Positions 35,065-47,600 of a stretch of DNA of 64,000 nucleotides are shown here, one piece after another. Position 1 is the stretch's first letter. Every line of letters begins with the position of its first letter. The stretch is from Microbotryum violaceum. Its lineage: Eukaryota. The position numbers were made by a program, and so were the translations under genes. Location: positions 1,736,001-1,800,000 of the forward strand of contig CDLV01000008.1 in assembly GCA_001244265.2 (NCBI GenBank), in the 5' to 3' direction. The notes under the pieces are model-generated. The model saw only the letters and a program-made list of their open reading frames with translations. It had not been told where the DNA came from and did not search any database.

Positions 35065-37189
35065 ATGGACTCGGACGAGTGTGATCACAAGCTCATCAAA
35101 AGGCTGGTGCCTCAGTGGCTTCCCACTCCGCAAGCGACTGTTCATCCAACGTCCACCACCACCGCTACCGCTGCCCATGCCCATGCCCCCGCGACGACGA
35201 CGACGATCACGCTCAAGTCACCCCCTTTCACCAACCTCAACTCGGCCTCTTCCACTCTCACCGCCCTCACCTGCGCCTCAACAGCATCCACCAAGACACA
35301 CGCCCTGGCCATGACTAAACCCGAACCCAACGCCAACGCCAACGCCGACGTCGAGGCCAAGTCGCTTCCTCCTCACCACCACCTCCACCCGTCAACTTAC
35401 CAGCTCGACCCGGTCAAGTGGCAACTCGACACCCAACGCATGCTCAACAAGACCCTGGGTCCCGAATTCATCTCCACCCGTGCAGGACCGGGTGGATCGA
35501 AACTGACCTACATCGAAGGATGGAAGCTCATCAACCTGGCCAACGAGGTCTTTGGCTTTAATGGTCAGTCACCCCGGCGACAGCGCGGCGAAGGAAGATT
35601 CTGCGCTCACTCACGGCATTCTTCCGATACGACCACAGGCTGGTACTCGTCCGTCAAGGAGCTGACGATCGATTATGTACGCACATAAAAGCTTGCTCCT
35701 GGCTCCATCATTGGTCTGACGCTCGCACCCTCCCCCGCAGATCGACTTTATCGAAAAGACCGAGCGGTACAACGTCAGCGCTTCGGCCATCGTCAACGTT
35801 CGCATGCCCGACGGCGCCTACCACGAGGATGTCGGATGCGGCAGTGCCGAGAACCAAAAGACCAAATCAGCCGCTTTGGACAAGGTGCGTCCACCATCAG
35901 ATTCACATTTTTCGTCTCCAACTGAACAAAGCAAATAAAACCCTGTTCCTCCCCTCAGGCCAAAAAGGAAGCCGTTACGGACGGACTCAAGCGTGCGCTG
36001 CGCAGCTTTGGCAAACTCATGGGCAACTGCGTCTACGACAAGCATTACGTCTTCGAAGCGGAAAAGATGACCAAGACCAAGGTAGACGCCTCAACCAATT
36101 CCATCTTACCTGCAAGAGCGAGCAAAACTGATCCATGACTTGTCCCAACAGCCCAAGGTCGACTTCAAGAACATCTACCGACCCGCGTATGATGCCGAGA
36201 TGGAGGACAAGGCAAGGAAAAAGTCCCTGGAGAACGACAACGAGAACGCTCCTGCTCAGGATATCAAAAAGATCACCAAGGGAGGACCCTCCGCCGCCCC
36301 AGCTCCGATGCGAGCCCCTGCCTTGCCAGCTCGCGCCACGACGACCCTCAGCGCCACTCGAGTTCCACCTGCAGCTCCGACCCGTGCGCCCCTCGCTCCG
36401 ATGCAAACAAACCAAACTCCGAAGCCGACGTCTTTGCAGCCCACAAAGCCGACGGTCAAAGGGGAGTGCCCCGCGAGTGACCCTTTCTCGGCCGACGACA
36501 CCTTTGCTCTCCAGGGCATGGATCTCGACGTCTCGACTTACCTCGGTACTGGAACGAACGTCGTACATGAAGGCGACAGTGGGTTCTCCGAAGGTGGCTT
36601 GTTCGACGCTGCTGCCGAAGTCAAGTCGGGGAACAATGGTGGGCCTCAGGCGGCTCACACTTCCAGCGGCCTAGATCACGGTGCACTTCGTTTGAATGAG
36701 AAGGAAGAGGCGGGGAAGAAGAGGATGAGGACCGAAGAGATGGAAATGAAACGTCAAGCCGCCTTGTTGCGCCAACAACAAAAGAGCATGAATCAACAGC
36801 AACAATTCAGGTCCCCTCCCAATGCCGGATCGGCAGGTCTGCAGAGATCCAAGACGGTGGGCAACCCTTCGACCAACACGGCGAAACCTATCACTGTTCA
36901 AGCGGGGACGTTGCCGACGATCAATGTTGGAACGGGAGGAACGAAAACTTCACCTGGTTCGAGTGGCAAAGGTGCCCCTGTGTCCGGTCCGACGACGTTC
37001 GTTAGTGCTAAGACGATGAAGAGGACTTTGATTGATGAGTGAGTCGATTCGTTTCCGCTGCTGGCGACGAGGGGGTTCTGTGCTGACCGAGGGCTCTACA
37101 CTCTCAGACCATACGAGACGGTCACTACACACAGTGTGAGCGGTCGACCGGCCCCGATCGATCCTTCCAAGCGACCTCGTCCTGCATGA
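35065..37189 (+). CDS. RAD52: DNA repair protein Rad52/Rad22
   Basis: [53 protein letters not shown] and [28 protein letters not shown]. Disordered C-terminus; a final exon after the intron at 37039 ends in NLS-like KRPRPA. Confidence 0.95.
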
Positions 37190-37754
37190 TCACGATTTTT
37201 TTTTCGCATCGATGTCATTTCTACTTGTTCCGAACCACTCCTCGCTTCATTCCTCACATCAGTTTTCGCTTGTTGTGTCATCGTTTGTACCCTCCTTTGT
37301 CTTCCATAGCAACTATTCACGCAGCACTTTGTTTTTCCCTCGTTCACTTGTGCCAATTCTCTACAGGCTGGCGACGAGCAGAGACGGGGCAATGCCGAGA
37401 GGGTCGAGGTGTTGTAGCTGGTGGGGAGCGCCACTCTGCGCCACTCTGACCCATTATATAACGGGAGTAACGGAGTCCTCGCGGCACCGCGCCGTGCTCA
37501 TCAACCTTGTCGACCTTGGTATGGGCGCAGTTGCAAAAGCACGCCGAACGATGGCTCGTCCCCGTCCGTTCTTCACGGCCTCTCAGTAGTTCGATTCACC
37601 CTCGTCCATTTGTGCAAATTCGAGCTTTCGCATGCGATTACGTCGTTCAACACTCCGATAGGTCTATGGGTCCCATTTCGAGAGACTCTCGTGGTCCAAT
37701 AATTCTGAGCGGTTCGACAGTACAAACATGTGGGATCACAACCCACTCTCAAAA

Positions 37755-40700
37755 CTACATTCCAGCATTGTTCATTTCCTCGAGAAGCTGAACCAAAAAC
37801 AAACAAAAAACGCACCGACACGAGTCAGATGTGCGCTTTAGGTTAATGTGTGGCAAAAGCAATGACTCACCTCGTGCAATTGAGCAGCGATGATCGTATT
37901 CGGTGCCTTATTCTTCAGATCCCTGCATCGCCACATGAACAGACATAAATTCAGTACTCAGCCAACCCCGACTCATCCAAATCCCGCTTAAGACTCGCGC
38001 AAACTCACATCAACCTATTGCGATCATTCCTCCTCAAGCACTCCTGCCCTGCCAGCACCCATTCTCCCGTCTTGACATACCAATCCACCCTCGTCCTTTG
38101 TTCACACCGTTCAATATACCCAATCGTTTGCCTCTGCGCTCCATTCTTGATCAACTCATTCACGAATGGTTCATACCCAATCGGACTCTTTTTACTCTTC
38201 GCGAACGTTTCCAATGCCGTCCATTCGCGGGCTTCGACGAGCGCTTTGAGTTTGATGTACCAGAAACGCTGGTCGGGGACCTTGAAGTCGGATTTTAGCT
38301 TGTCGGCTTTTTGCGGCTGCGAGAGGAGTATACATTGGTGGATCGTGCGGTTCAGGGAGAGGCCGATGAAGGAGGGGGAAAGGGAGGGGAGGGAAGGCGT
38401 TTCGGACTCGAGCGTTTGTTGGAATACGAGCAGGCGGATGTGGTCCTCCACCATCTGTTTTGGAAGAAGAATGAGATGTCAGTAAACCTTCGCTCGCGCG
38501 ATGTGTCGTAGCTGCTAACCTTGTTCTCGAACGCGCAGTCCTTGTCCTCCCCAAACGACTTGGCTGCAACGCGTACTTTTGCCACCTTATCGCCAAAGTC
38601 CTGAAAAGTCGACTCAGATTCAAATCAGCAAGCAAGCACTTTCGTAGCCCCCCGGGACACACTTGGACGCGACCCACCTCAATTGGAAGACTCTCTTCCA
38701 AGGCCAACAAAGCCGATTCTTTTCTCCGATCGTCCTGGTAGTAAAAGTCCTTCAACAACTCATAATCCTGCGCATCCTTCGCGAGGATTTGAAGCAACGC
38801 CGCGGCAGTCGGTTTGTGGTCGACGAAGCGGAGGAAATCACCCAGAGCGTGCGAGCGCTTGAGATATAAGAGGACGGTGTAGACTGTAGGGTGATAGTGA
38901 GGTGTTGTATGAGCGTGAGGATATCGAGCCTGATGCGTTCCGAGCAGAACTCACCCAGATTGGGATCACCACTCTCGATCGCCTTGGTCAACGCCAGCTC
39001 GTCCTGCTTCATCTTGATCAACAACGGCACCTGTCGACTCCCCTTGGGTTCAAACTCCAATAACTTGGTCGCCATGGAGCTCCTCCCCAATTGCCAAGCC
39101 GTATTGGCGACATCGGCGGAGGAGATGTCGGCTTGGTCAGACAGTTTAGAGACGATGAGGGAGACGAGGTGAGCTTCTTCGGTTGGGGTGAGGGAAGTGG
39201 GAGAGGAGGATATTTGCGCTTGGGCCCAGTGCTTCAGGACGGGAGCCGGCGAGAGGCCGAGGTAGGAGGAAATGCGTAGAGCGAGGAGATGGAGCGATCG
39301 AGATGTGAGGCGAGAGATCAGGTGCGAGGGTGGGTGGGTTTGGTATCTGCGAGATCATCAACCAGCTACAATCAGCTGGACGAAACGAAAAGTGTCCCGT
39401 GATCCAAACAACTCACTGATCGTAAGTCATCGGAATTCCGACCTCGAAGCCTCGGACAGCGTTAAGTACCCTCAACGTCTTGGTCATGGCCACGAAATCG
39501 CTCGGGTTGTACAGTTCCAAGAAGCCTTTCCCGAACGCCGCCGCTTTGAGTAGCTTCTTCTGCCACATCGGCTCATATTCCCTCCCAGCCGCATCGATGA
39601 GCGTATCGACGGCCCCAACGAGTTCGACGCGGATCGAACGCACGTACTCGTCCGCTTTCGGTGACCGCCGATCGAACAGCTCGGAAGCCTCATAGAGGAT
39701 CGACGCGGGCGACGTAGAGCCGGGTCGAAAGACGTCTTGGGAGGACTGTGGTACTATCTGCAGAAACCCGCACGACTCCGAGGATATGATTCGTGTCCCG
39801 TCGGTCTCGCCAATGAGGTGGACGGGATCTGAGTAGAAGTACCTGCAACGGGCAACGGTAGACTCTTCAGCAACCTATAAGGACAGGGCCAAAGCGGATT
39901 GGGACTCACTTGAGCGTCTCGCCAAAGGGACCGACCATCACGACCGTCTTTTCCCAAGCCACAACAACGGTGTTGTTACCACACCAAACGACCTGATTCG
40001 GCGGGCCCGACTCGCCTTCGCCCGAGAGGTCGAACTCGGAAAGTGATCTCGAAAAGTCGGACGAGGTGACCCACAGTTGAGGCGATGAGCCGGCGGTTAT
40101 GAGGGCGAGAAAGTGGGCATTCGGTGACGGTGTAATGGACAGGAAGGGTCCTCGGTTCAAGCGCTGTGAGACGATGCATTTCAAATATGACCGGCTTCAG
40201 CGCTGTGAATATGGGCGGTTACACTAGTCGACGGTTCTTCTCACCTGGTCCTGCACTTCGATCTCATCCAAGCGCAACACGGTCGATCCGGTCCCGATCA
40301 AGACCTCGACTCCTCTTGTGTTGCTCAGTTCAGGTTCGACGACTCCCCAGCAGCTGGGTGGCTCGTTCAGACCTACAGCCGCCAGGGGAGTGACCTTGCC
40401 TCCACCACCTCCCCCACTGCGACTCGCACTGCCAACGCCGCTCGAGCCGCTTTCGGTCAATGAATTTGTCGCGGGCCATCCTTTGACCTCGACAAAGGAA
40501 AGATTGCCTAAGAAAGCGACGAGGCCTTGTTCGTAGATCTTGGCCTGCAGCACTCCCGAGTCCTGGGCCTCGGCACCCAGGGTGTGTTGCGAATACGTAG
40601 GGGTGGAGGAGGACGATGCAGAGGCGGAGGAGGAGGGGGAGGGGGACGCCGAAGTCGAGAGAGGGTAGAGGCGATAGGTACCATCTTGCACGAGAACGAC

Positions 40701-41168
40701 GAGTGATTCGCTGGATGTCCATCCGAGTGCGACGATGCGGTTCGATGATTCCCACTGCCAAGAGAAGTAAGAATTACATGCCCAGATCAGCCGGCGTTGT
40801 TCGCGGGAAAGACCGCACAGCAACTGGAACCTTACAGGTATTGTTTGAAGCAGTAGCCCGGCACACGAGTAGATCATGATCTTGGGCCTGGCCAGTGTAG
40901 CCTGATTGCGACCCAAGAGCACGGGCTTGCGCTCGTCCCGGCTTAGGGCTATGGCGATGGCAGAGGGGGAACATAAGCGCGTGTACCCCACGAGAGAGCA
41001 GGATACACTCTACACACCTATGGGTCCAGCATTCTTGGCACTGGCGATGATGTAGTTGCTCAAGTCGCCGAGACTGTCCCGCCAAGGCAGCGCATACACC
41101 TCCTGTTTGCGGTAGAACGTCTCGCCCAACGACTCCCACGACGCCGATGCAGGAGCAATAGTGGCCAT
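37755..41168 (-). CDS. VPS16: Vacuolar protein sorting protein 16 (HOPS/CORVET)
   Basis: WESLGETFYRKQEVY, RGPFLSITPSPNAHFLAL, LRVLNAVRGFEVGIPMT, QVPLLIKMKQDELALTKAIESGD, DFYYQDDR and FKVPDQRFWYIKLKAL...KKSPIGYEPF. Confidence 0.94.
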
Positions 41169-43153
41169 CGGCGGCTCCCGTGTTGCGCAAATCTCCTAGC
41201 TTGATGTGTTGAGTGCTGTGCGGCCAGGTGGGCGTCGCCGATGACGAGCGCGGGCCGAGATGCAAGCCTCGATGAAATACCGCGGTCTGACTCGTATACG
41301 GCGCTTTGGCGGTGTCCCAGGTAGCGCGAATGGACCGGGATGAGCTAACTCAGTGGTATGTTGCCGTGCCAAGTGGTGTAGCGGTGCCTAGGCAACCTAT
41401 CGCTGTCCCGACGTGTGGACGCGCGCCGCCCCACTTCATCGTCAGGCTCTGTCGACTCTGTCGGGCTCTCCTCTCCACTGTTTGACGGCGCCGGCACAAA
41501 TAAATTGTGTTTTGTGGCGGCCCCAAGAGAAACGGATTCAGTCCTTCAGACTCGTGTAGCATATGAACAAAGGCACGACGTATGCGTAGCATTTTGAGGA
41601 CACAGACTTCTCACGTGACTTATATATTCACCCGGCACTCCCAGCCCCTCTCAGAAGCATCTGCGAGATGAAAAGAGCAGAATGCAGCGGCATACATCTT
41701 TACCATCGATCGATCTCGGACCCCACTCACGATCGGGCCCCACATCAGCGCATCAGCAATGAGCTTGCAGAGCTTTCTCCCCGTGCAAACTGGCTGGCAG
41801 CGAGCGCGCTAGCTGCGCGGTTCTTTAGCCTGGACTCAGAATGGGGCATTCGCCGACGCCGTCGCGACTCGCCGTCGACGGTCGATTTTAGCACGTATAG
41901 ATAGATACCTTGGTTGAGTCCCCAACTTAAGGACTTATTTTCTCGAGGGGCAATGCGCCTTATCATCTGTCAATTCCAAAAGTTAAGTCTTCATTGGGTG
42001 AGACTTAATCTGGCTGTCACACTTCCTCAACTGTGGCAGGATCTCGGAAAAAATTCTGGCAGCTGCAGGCCGATTGGCTCAGACAGAACCGCCGAAAGAG
42101 TTTCAAACGGGCGGCTTTCCTAGTCTCGGCCGCGGATGATAGTGGGGGCCAGAAAGATAAAGATGACACCTTCGAGGTTGTTTCCGGGTTTTATCGTGTG
42201 TACAAGTGTATATCGCTGTCGTCGGTCGACTGGCGAGCGTCCTTCTTGTGGTCACCCGTCCGGTGACACCAACAGCCTGAGATCAGAGTTCTGCCTGATC
42301 AAGGAACCGCTAGGAGCGCAATCCACCTGGTCTGGTCACTGACCCGTCCAGATGGACTTTGATCGATTGATGGTGGCGTACCTTCCACGGCTAGTCTCTA
42401 CAGCGATAGGCCACAACCCCAACGCTTCTGCCTACTTCGAATATTCGCTGATTTTTCAATCTGGTCGCCAGTGGTCGTCCTCAGCTGGCACAGTTACTAC
42501 TAAAGTGTAGAGGGCTGCTGCAATGCTAGTATGGGTTTCACTACCTACTAGAGCTCACGTCACGTGCTTCTACGATCAGGTGATCACATGATCATCACCG
42601 CAGTGACCGCACGGCAACCCGCACCAGACCGAGGTATTTCCGTAACGTTTCATCAACCTTCGCAGTGGGCCGTTTGAAGAGGCTGGTGCGCTAGCCAAGT
42701 TTCCCAAGTTACAACCCACCCGCGCAGGCAGCTGTCGTTCGCGCGCTCTGATTGGCCACCCCCGCCTCCACGTCCCGTGCTCCCGTGCGCCTGCCCACGC
42801 AAATAGGGCCAGCGCAGCAGAATTGGCCAGTGTGGGGGTGGGACAAGGAGCCCTCCCTTCCGCCCCGCCAAAAAAAGTGCCAGTGCCCGGCCGATCTTTT
42901 TCGGACGCAGAATGTACTCCTCGACCCCATCAAGTTTCACTACCCCAGCCGTTGGTCGAAGTCCAACTCTCTCCCCCTCTTCCTCTCTTTCACCACATCC
43001 CTGCACGATCAGTCACTTTTAAGTTTTCCGAGCCCATTATCTCGTTGCCTGTCCCCCCTGACCGGCACAAACTAGCGCAGCCCCTTTTCCTGCTCACCCC
43101 TCTCACCACTCGGCCACCCCTCACCCACTCCTCATTTCCTCTTACCCACGAAA

Positions 43154-44665
43154 ATGGCTGGCGGTGGTGCAGTTACTGGCGTCAAGGCCACTGGCAACGT
43201 GACCAAGCGACAAGAATACTTCGCCTTTGGTCTTGTCACCTCCCTCTTCTTCCTGTAAGTTGATTCGAATATATCCGACTACGCTCGAGCCTACCACGCG
43301 TCGTCACCGCCCTTCAGCCGCTAACCGCTTCCTTCTCCCATCTACAGCTGGGGTTTTTCATATGGTCTCCTCGATGTGTGAGCCTCGTAGCTACCGGAGC
43401 AGACTTTATTGAGAGTCTGAAGCTGACCTCAGACCTCCTCTTCATGCCGACGCAGCCTGAACAAGCATTTCCAGACATTCTTCGGCATCACCAAGCTCCA
43501 GTCGACCCTGCTCCAGGTCGCCTACTTCGGTGCCTACGTCGTCTACTCGCCCGTGTGCGGCCAGTTCATCTCCAAGTTTGGTTACAAGAAGGGTATCTAC
43601 ATGGGTCTGTCGTTGTACTGCATCGGTGCGCTCGGCTTCTGGCCGTCGGCCAAGTTTGAAAAGTATGGTGGCTTCGTCGCTTCCGCCTTCGTCATCGCCT
43701 GCGGTCTCGCCACCCTCGAGGTCTGCGCCAACTCGTACGTCACCGTCCTCGGTTCGCCCGAACAGGCCGCGTTCCGCCTCAACTTCTCGCAATCGTTCAA
43801 TGGTCTCGCATCGTTCGTCGGCCCCTTGATCGCGTCCAAGTACTTCTTCGGTGACGAGGCGACGCAACATTCGCTCGGCAACGTCCAATGGGTCTACCTC
43901 GCGGTTGCGTGCCTCGGCGCTGCGGTTATGGTCCTCTTCTTCTTCGCTACGTTGCCCGAAATCTCCGAGGACGACATGAACGCGCAGCAGGCCGCCGCCG
44001 GTTACGTCGATGACCGCCCCCTTTACAAGCGCCGCCACACCGTCTTTGGCTTCGTCGCTCAGTGGATGTATGTCGGTGGCCAAGTCACCCTCGCCACCTT
44101 TGTACTCAACTACCTCACCGACAAGCACGACTTCACGACCGCGCGCGCGTCGCAGCTCTTCTCGTTCATGCAAATCACCTTCATGGTCGGTCGTTTCGCC
44201 TCAACTCCGCTCTTGCGCTTCTTCAACCCCGCCACGGTCCTAGCCGTCTACGGTGCGATGTGCTCCATCTTCACGCTCGTCGCCGCGCTCAAGGGTGGCA
44301 AAGTTGGCCTTGCGTCGCTCTTCATCGTCTTCTTCTTCGAGTCGGTTTGCTACCCTACGACCTTCACGCTCGCGACGAGCAACCTCGGCAAGTGGACCAA
44401 GCGAGGTGGGTCGCTCGTCATCATGGGTGTCGGAGGAGGTGCCATGTTCCCCCCTGTCCAGGGTGCGATGGCCGACAAGACGGGCAGTCAGCTCTCCTAC
44501 CTCATTCCCTTCATCGGCTTCCTGTTCGTCTTCGCCTACGGTCTCGGCATGAGGTGGTACGCCCTCAAGTTCGAGCAAAAGCAGCTCAACACCGAAGCCG
44601 CTCCCCCCACTCTGACCCGCACCGAGTCGGACAAGGCGTCCGCCGAGGAGGTCGAAAAGTTTTAG
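43154..44665 (+). CDS. MFS sugar transporter, FucP/GluP (L-fucose permease-like) family, copy 1
   Basis: Exons 43154-43254, 43348-43377 and 43456-44665 give LFFLWGFSYGLLDVLNKHFQ...LQVAYFGAY...GLATLEVCANSY...RLNFSQSFNG...QWMYVGGQV...FFESVCYPT. Confidence 0.93.
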
Positions 44666-47600
44666 ACGGCCTCTTCGCATCTCGTCTTCGTGTGCGGTCA
44701 ATCATTCCGGTGTCCAGTGTTGTGTGCAAAGAAGGGTCCTTCTTTCTGTCTGTGTAATTTCGTTCGCATTTATATTCTCTTTGGCTCGTTTTCCCTCTAG
44801 TAGCATTTCACTCCTTGAAACAGCCGTCGATGTCATAACACAGTCTTTATTACTAACTTCCCGTATTGTGAAGCTTCTCTGCACAGCCTTTGGCTGCATG
44901 GATTCGGACGTAGTAGTGCGGCGGTCCGACTTGCATCGAGTAAACAAATTCGGCGCAGCCTCCTGGACTCAGAAACTGTTCGTCAGGCCATTCTTAGGGG
45001 TCTTGGAAAGGGCAGGGAGTCTATATTGCTGCTGCGACTGCAGGGACCGCTCCGCTAGTCTATCTGCCATTCTTTTCCATGCCAGAGCAAAATCTTGATC
45101 ACCCGGGCTACGGCGCCGAGGCCAAGCGCAATTTATGAGCGGCACGGAAATACACCCCCACGTACCTCCCTCACGTGACCCGGGCGGCCGGGCCACTCGC
45201 ACGATTCCGAGCCAACAGCGATGCATGGTGATTCGTTATACCAGGACCTACCGTATCGAGGCCCGAAGGTCGTTAGGTAGTCTGGTACCTATCTGGTCCA
45301 GAACACCCTCGGCAAATACCGGTATGGGAGACAACATCTGCAGGGGTCCCGCTCTAATCGTTGAATCGCGGATTGTGATCGGCCGGCCACCTCGGAACAT
45401 CTGAAATCTGCGGTCGATTTCGCCTGGCCACTGCAGCACCGCGGGCGACGCTCAACTCACTCGATCGTGTTGGGGCCGCGGGGGTTACGGGATCGGGCTT
45501 TCCTGGATCGAGACCAGCAGTTTGTGCGCGTTTTGCGAATGTAGCGCTCTTTTTTACTTGCCAGCTTGCGACTGCGACTGCGACTGCCAATTCCGCCTTG
45601 TCGATCAGCGCGGTCGGGCGTAAGCGCGGTCGAGATTCGGGCCGTTGGCTGTCGGGCGGGATCGATTTGAACTTGGTCGCTTCGGAGTCCGACAAGCGAC
45701 AGGCGACTGGCGGGTCTAGAGCCTCGATCGTCCAAGCGCCCCCAGAGAAAAAGTCGCTGCGCGAGGTGATTCGCTTACCCCGCCTCCAGGGCGCGGCTTT
45801 CCTTAGGTTCACGTATTAGTTTTTCCGCTTCCCCCAGTCTCGCCCGCCCTCGCCCGCACCTCGCCCCAGTCGCCCAGATCTTGGGAAAGCGATCTACGAC
45901 CTGGAGTGACCGCCCCCACCACCCCGGAGTATTGCCACAAAAGGGAGAAAGGGGGAAAAGCACCACACTTTCTTCAATCCACCACTTTTTCTCTCTCTCT
46001 TCTCCATCACTTCCTCCTCTCCAACTTCCCACCTACAACCCCGAGCTCGTCTCATCCATCCCGTGACAGGTCAGAAGCAACTTCGACCTCTTCCCGTCCT
46101 CCCCTTCACCCGCAACCCTTCAATCCCCTTTCCCCAACTCTCAACAATGGCTGGCGGTGGCGCAGTTACCGGCGTCAAGGCCACTGGCAACGTGACCAAG
46201 CGACAGGAGTACTTCGCCTTTAGTCTCGTCACCTCCCTCTTCTTCCTGTGAGTTCGCGCCGACTTTGGGTCTCGCCTCGGCACCTGTCGATCAGCTCCTA
46301 ACCCGGCGCCGCGCTTGTCCGCTTCCTTCTCCCATCTACAGCTGGGGTTTTTCATATGGTCTCCTCGATGTGTGAGCCTCGTAGCTACCGGAGCAGACTT
46401 TATTGAGAGTCTGAAGCTGACCTCAGACCTCCTCTTCATGCCGACGCAGCCTGAACAAGCATTTCCAGACATTCTTCGGCATCACCAAGCTCCAGTCGAC
46501 CCTGCTCCAGGTCGCCTACTTCGGTGCCTACGTCGTCTACTCGCCCGTGTGCGGCCAGTTCATCTCCAAGTTTGGTTACAAGAAGGGTATCTACATGGGT
46601 CTGTCGTTGTACTGCATCGGTGCGCTCGGCTTCTGGCCGTCGGCCAAGTTTGAAAAGTATGGTGGCTTCGTCGCTTCCGCCTTCGTCATCGCCTGCGGTC
46701 TCGCCACCCTCGAGGTCTGCGCCAACTCGTACGTCACCGTCCTCGGTTCGCCCGAACAGGCCGCGTTCCGCCTCAACTTCTCGCAATCGTTCAATGGTCT
46801 CGCATCGTTCGTCGGCCCCTTGATCGCGTCCAAGTACTTCTTCGGTGACGAGGCGACGCAACATTCGCTCGGCAACGTCCAATGGGTCTACCTCGCGGTT
46901 GCGTGCCTCGGCGCTGCGGTTATGGTCCTCTTCTTCTTCGCTACGTTGCCCGAAATCTCCGAGGACGACATGAACGCGCAGCAGGCCGCCGCCGGTTACG
47001 TCGATGACCGCCCCCTTTACAAGCGCCGCCACACCGTCTTTGGCTTCGTCGCTCAGTGGATGTATGTCGGTGGCCAAGTCACCCTCGCCACCTTTGTACT
47101 CAACTACCTCACCGACAAGCACGACTTCACGACCGCGCGCGCGTCGCAGCTCTTCTCGTTCATGCAAATCACCTTCATGGTCGGTCGTTTCGCCTCAACT
47201 CCGCTCTTGCGCTTCTTCAACCCCGCCACGGTCCTAGCCGTCTACGGTGCGATGTGCTCCATCTTCACGCTCGTCGCCGCGCTCAAGGGTGGCAAAGTTG
47301 GCCTTGCGTCGCTCTTCATCGTCTTCTTCTTCGAGTCGGTTTGCTACCCTACGACCTTCACGCTCGCGACGAGCAACCTCGGCAAGTGGACCAAGCGAGG
47401 TGGGTCGCTCGTCATCATGGGTGTCGGAGGAGGTGCCATGTTCCCCCTGTCCAGGGTGCGATGGCCGACAAGACGGGCAGTCAGCTCTCCTACCTCATTC
47501 CCTTCATCGGCTTCCTGTTCGTCTTCGCCTACGGTCTCGGCATGAGGTGGTACGCCCTCAAGTTCGAGCAAAAGCAGCTCAACACCGAAGCCGCTCCCCC

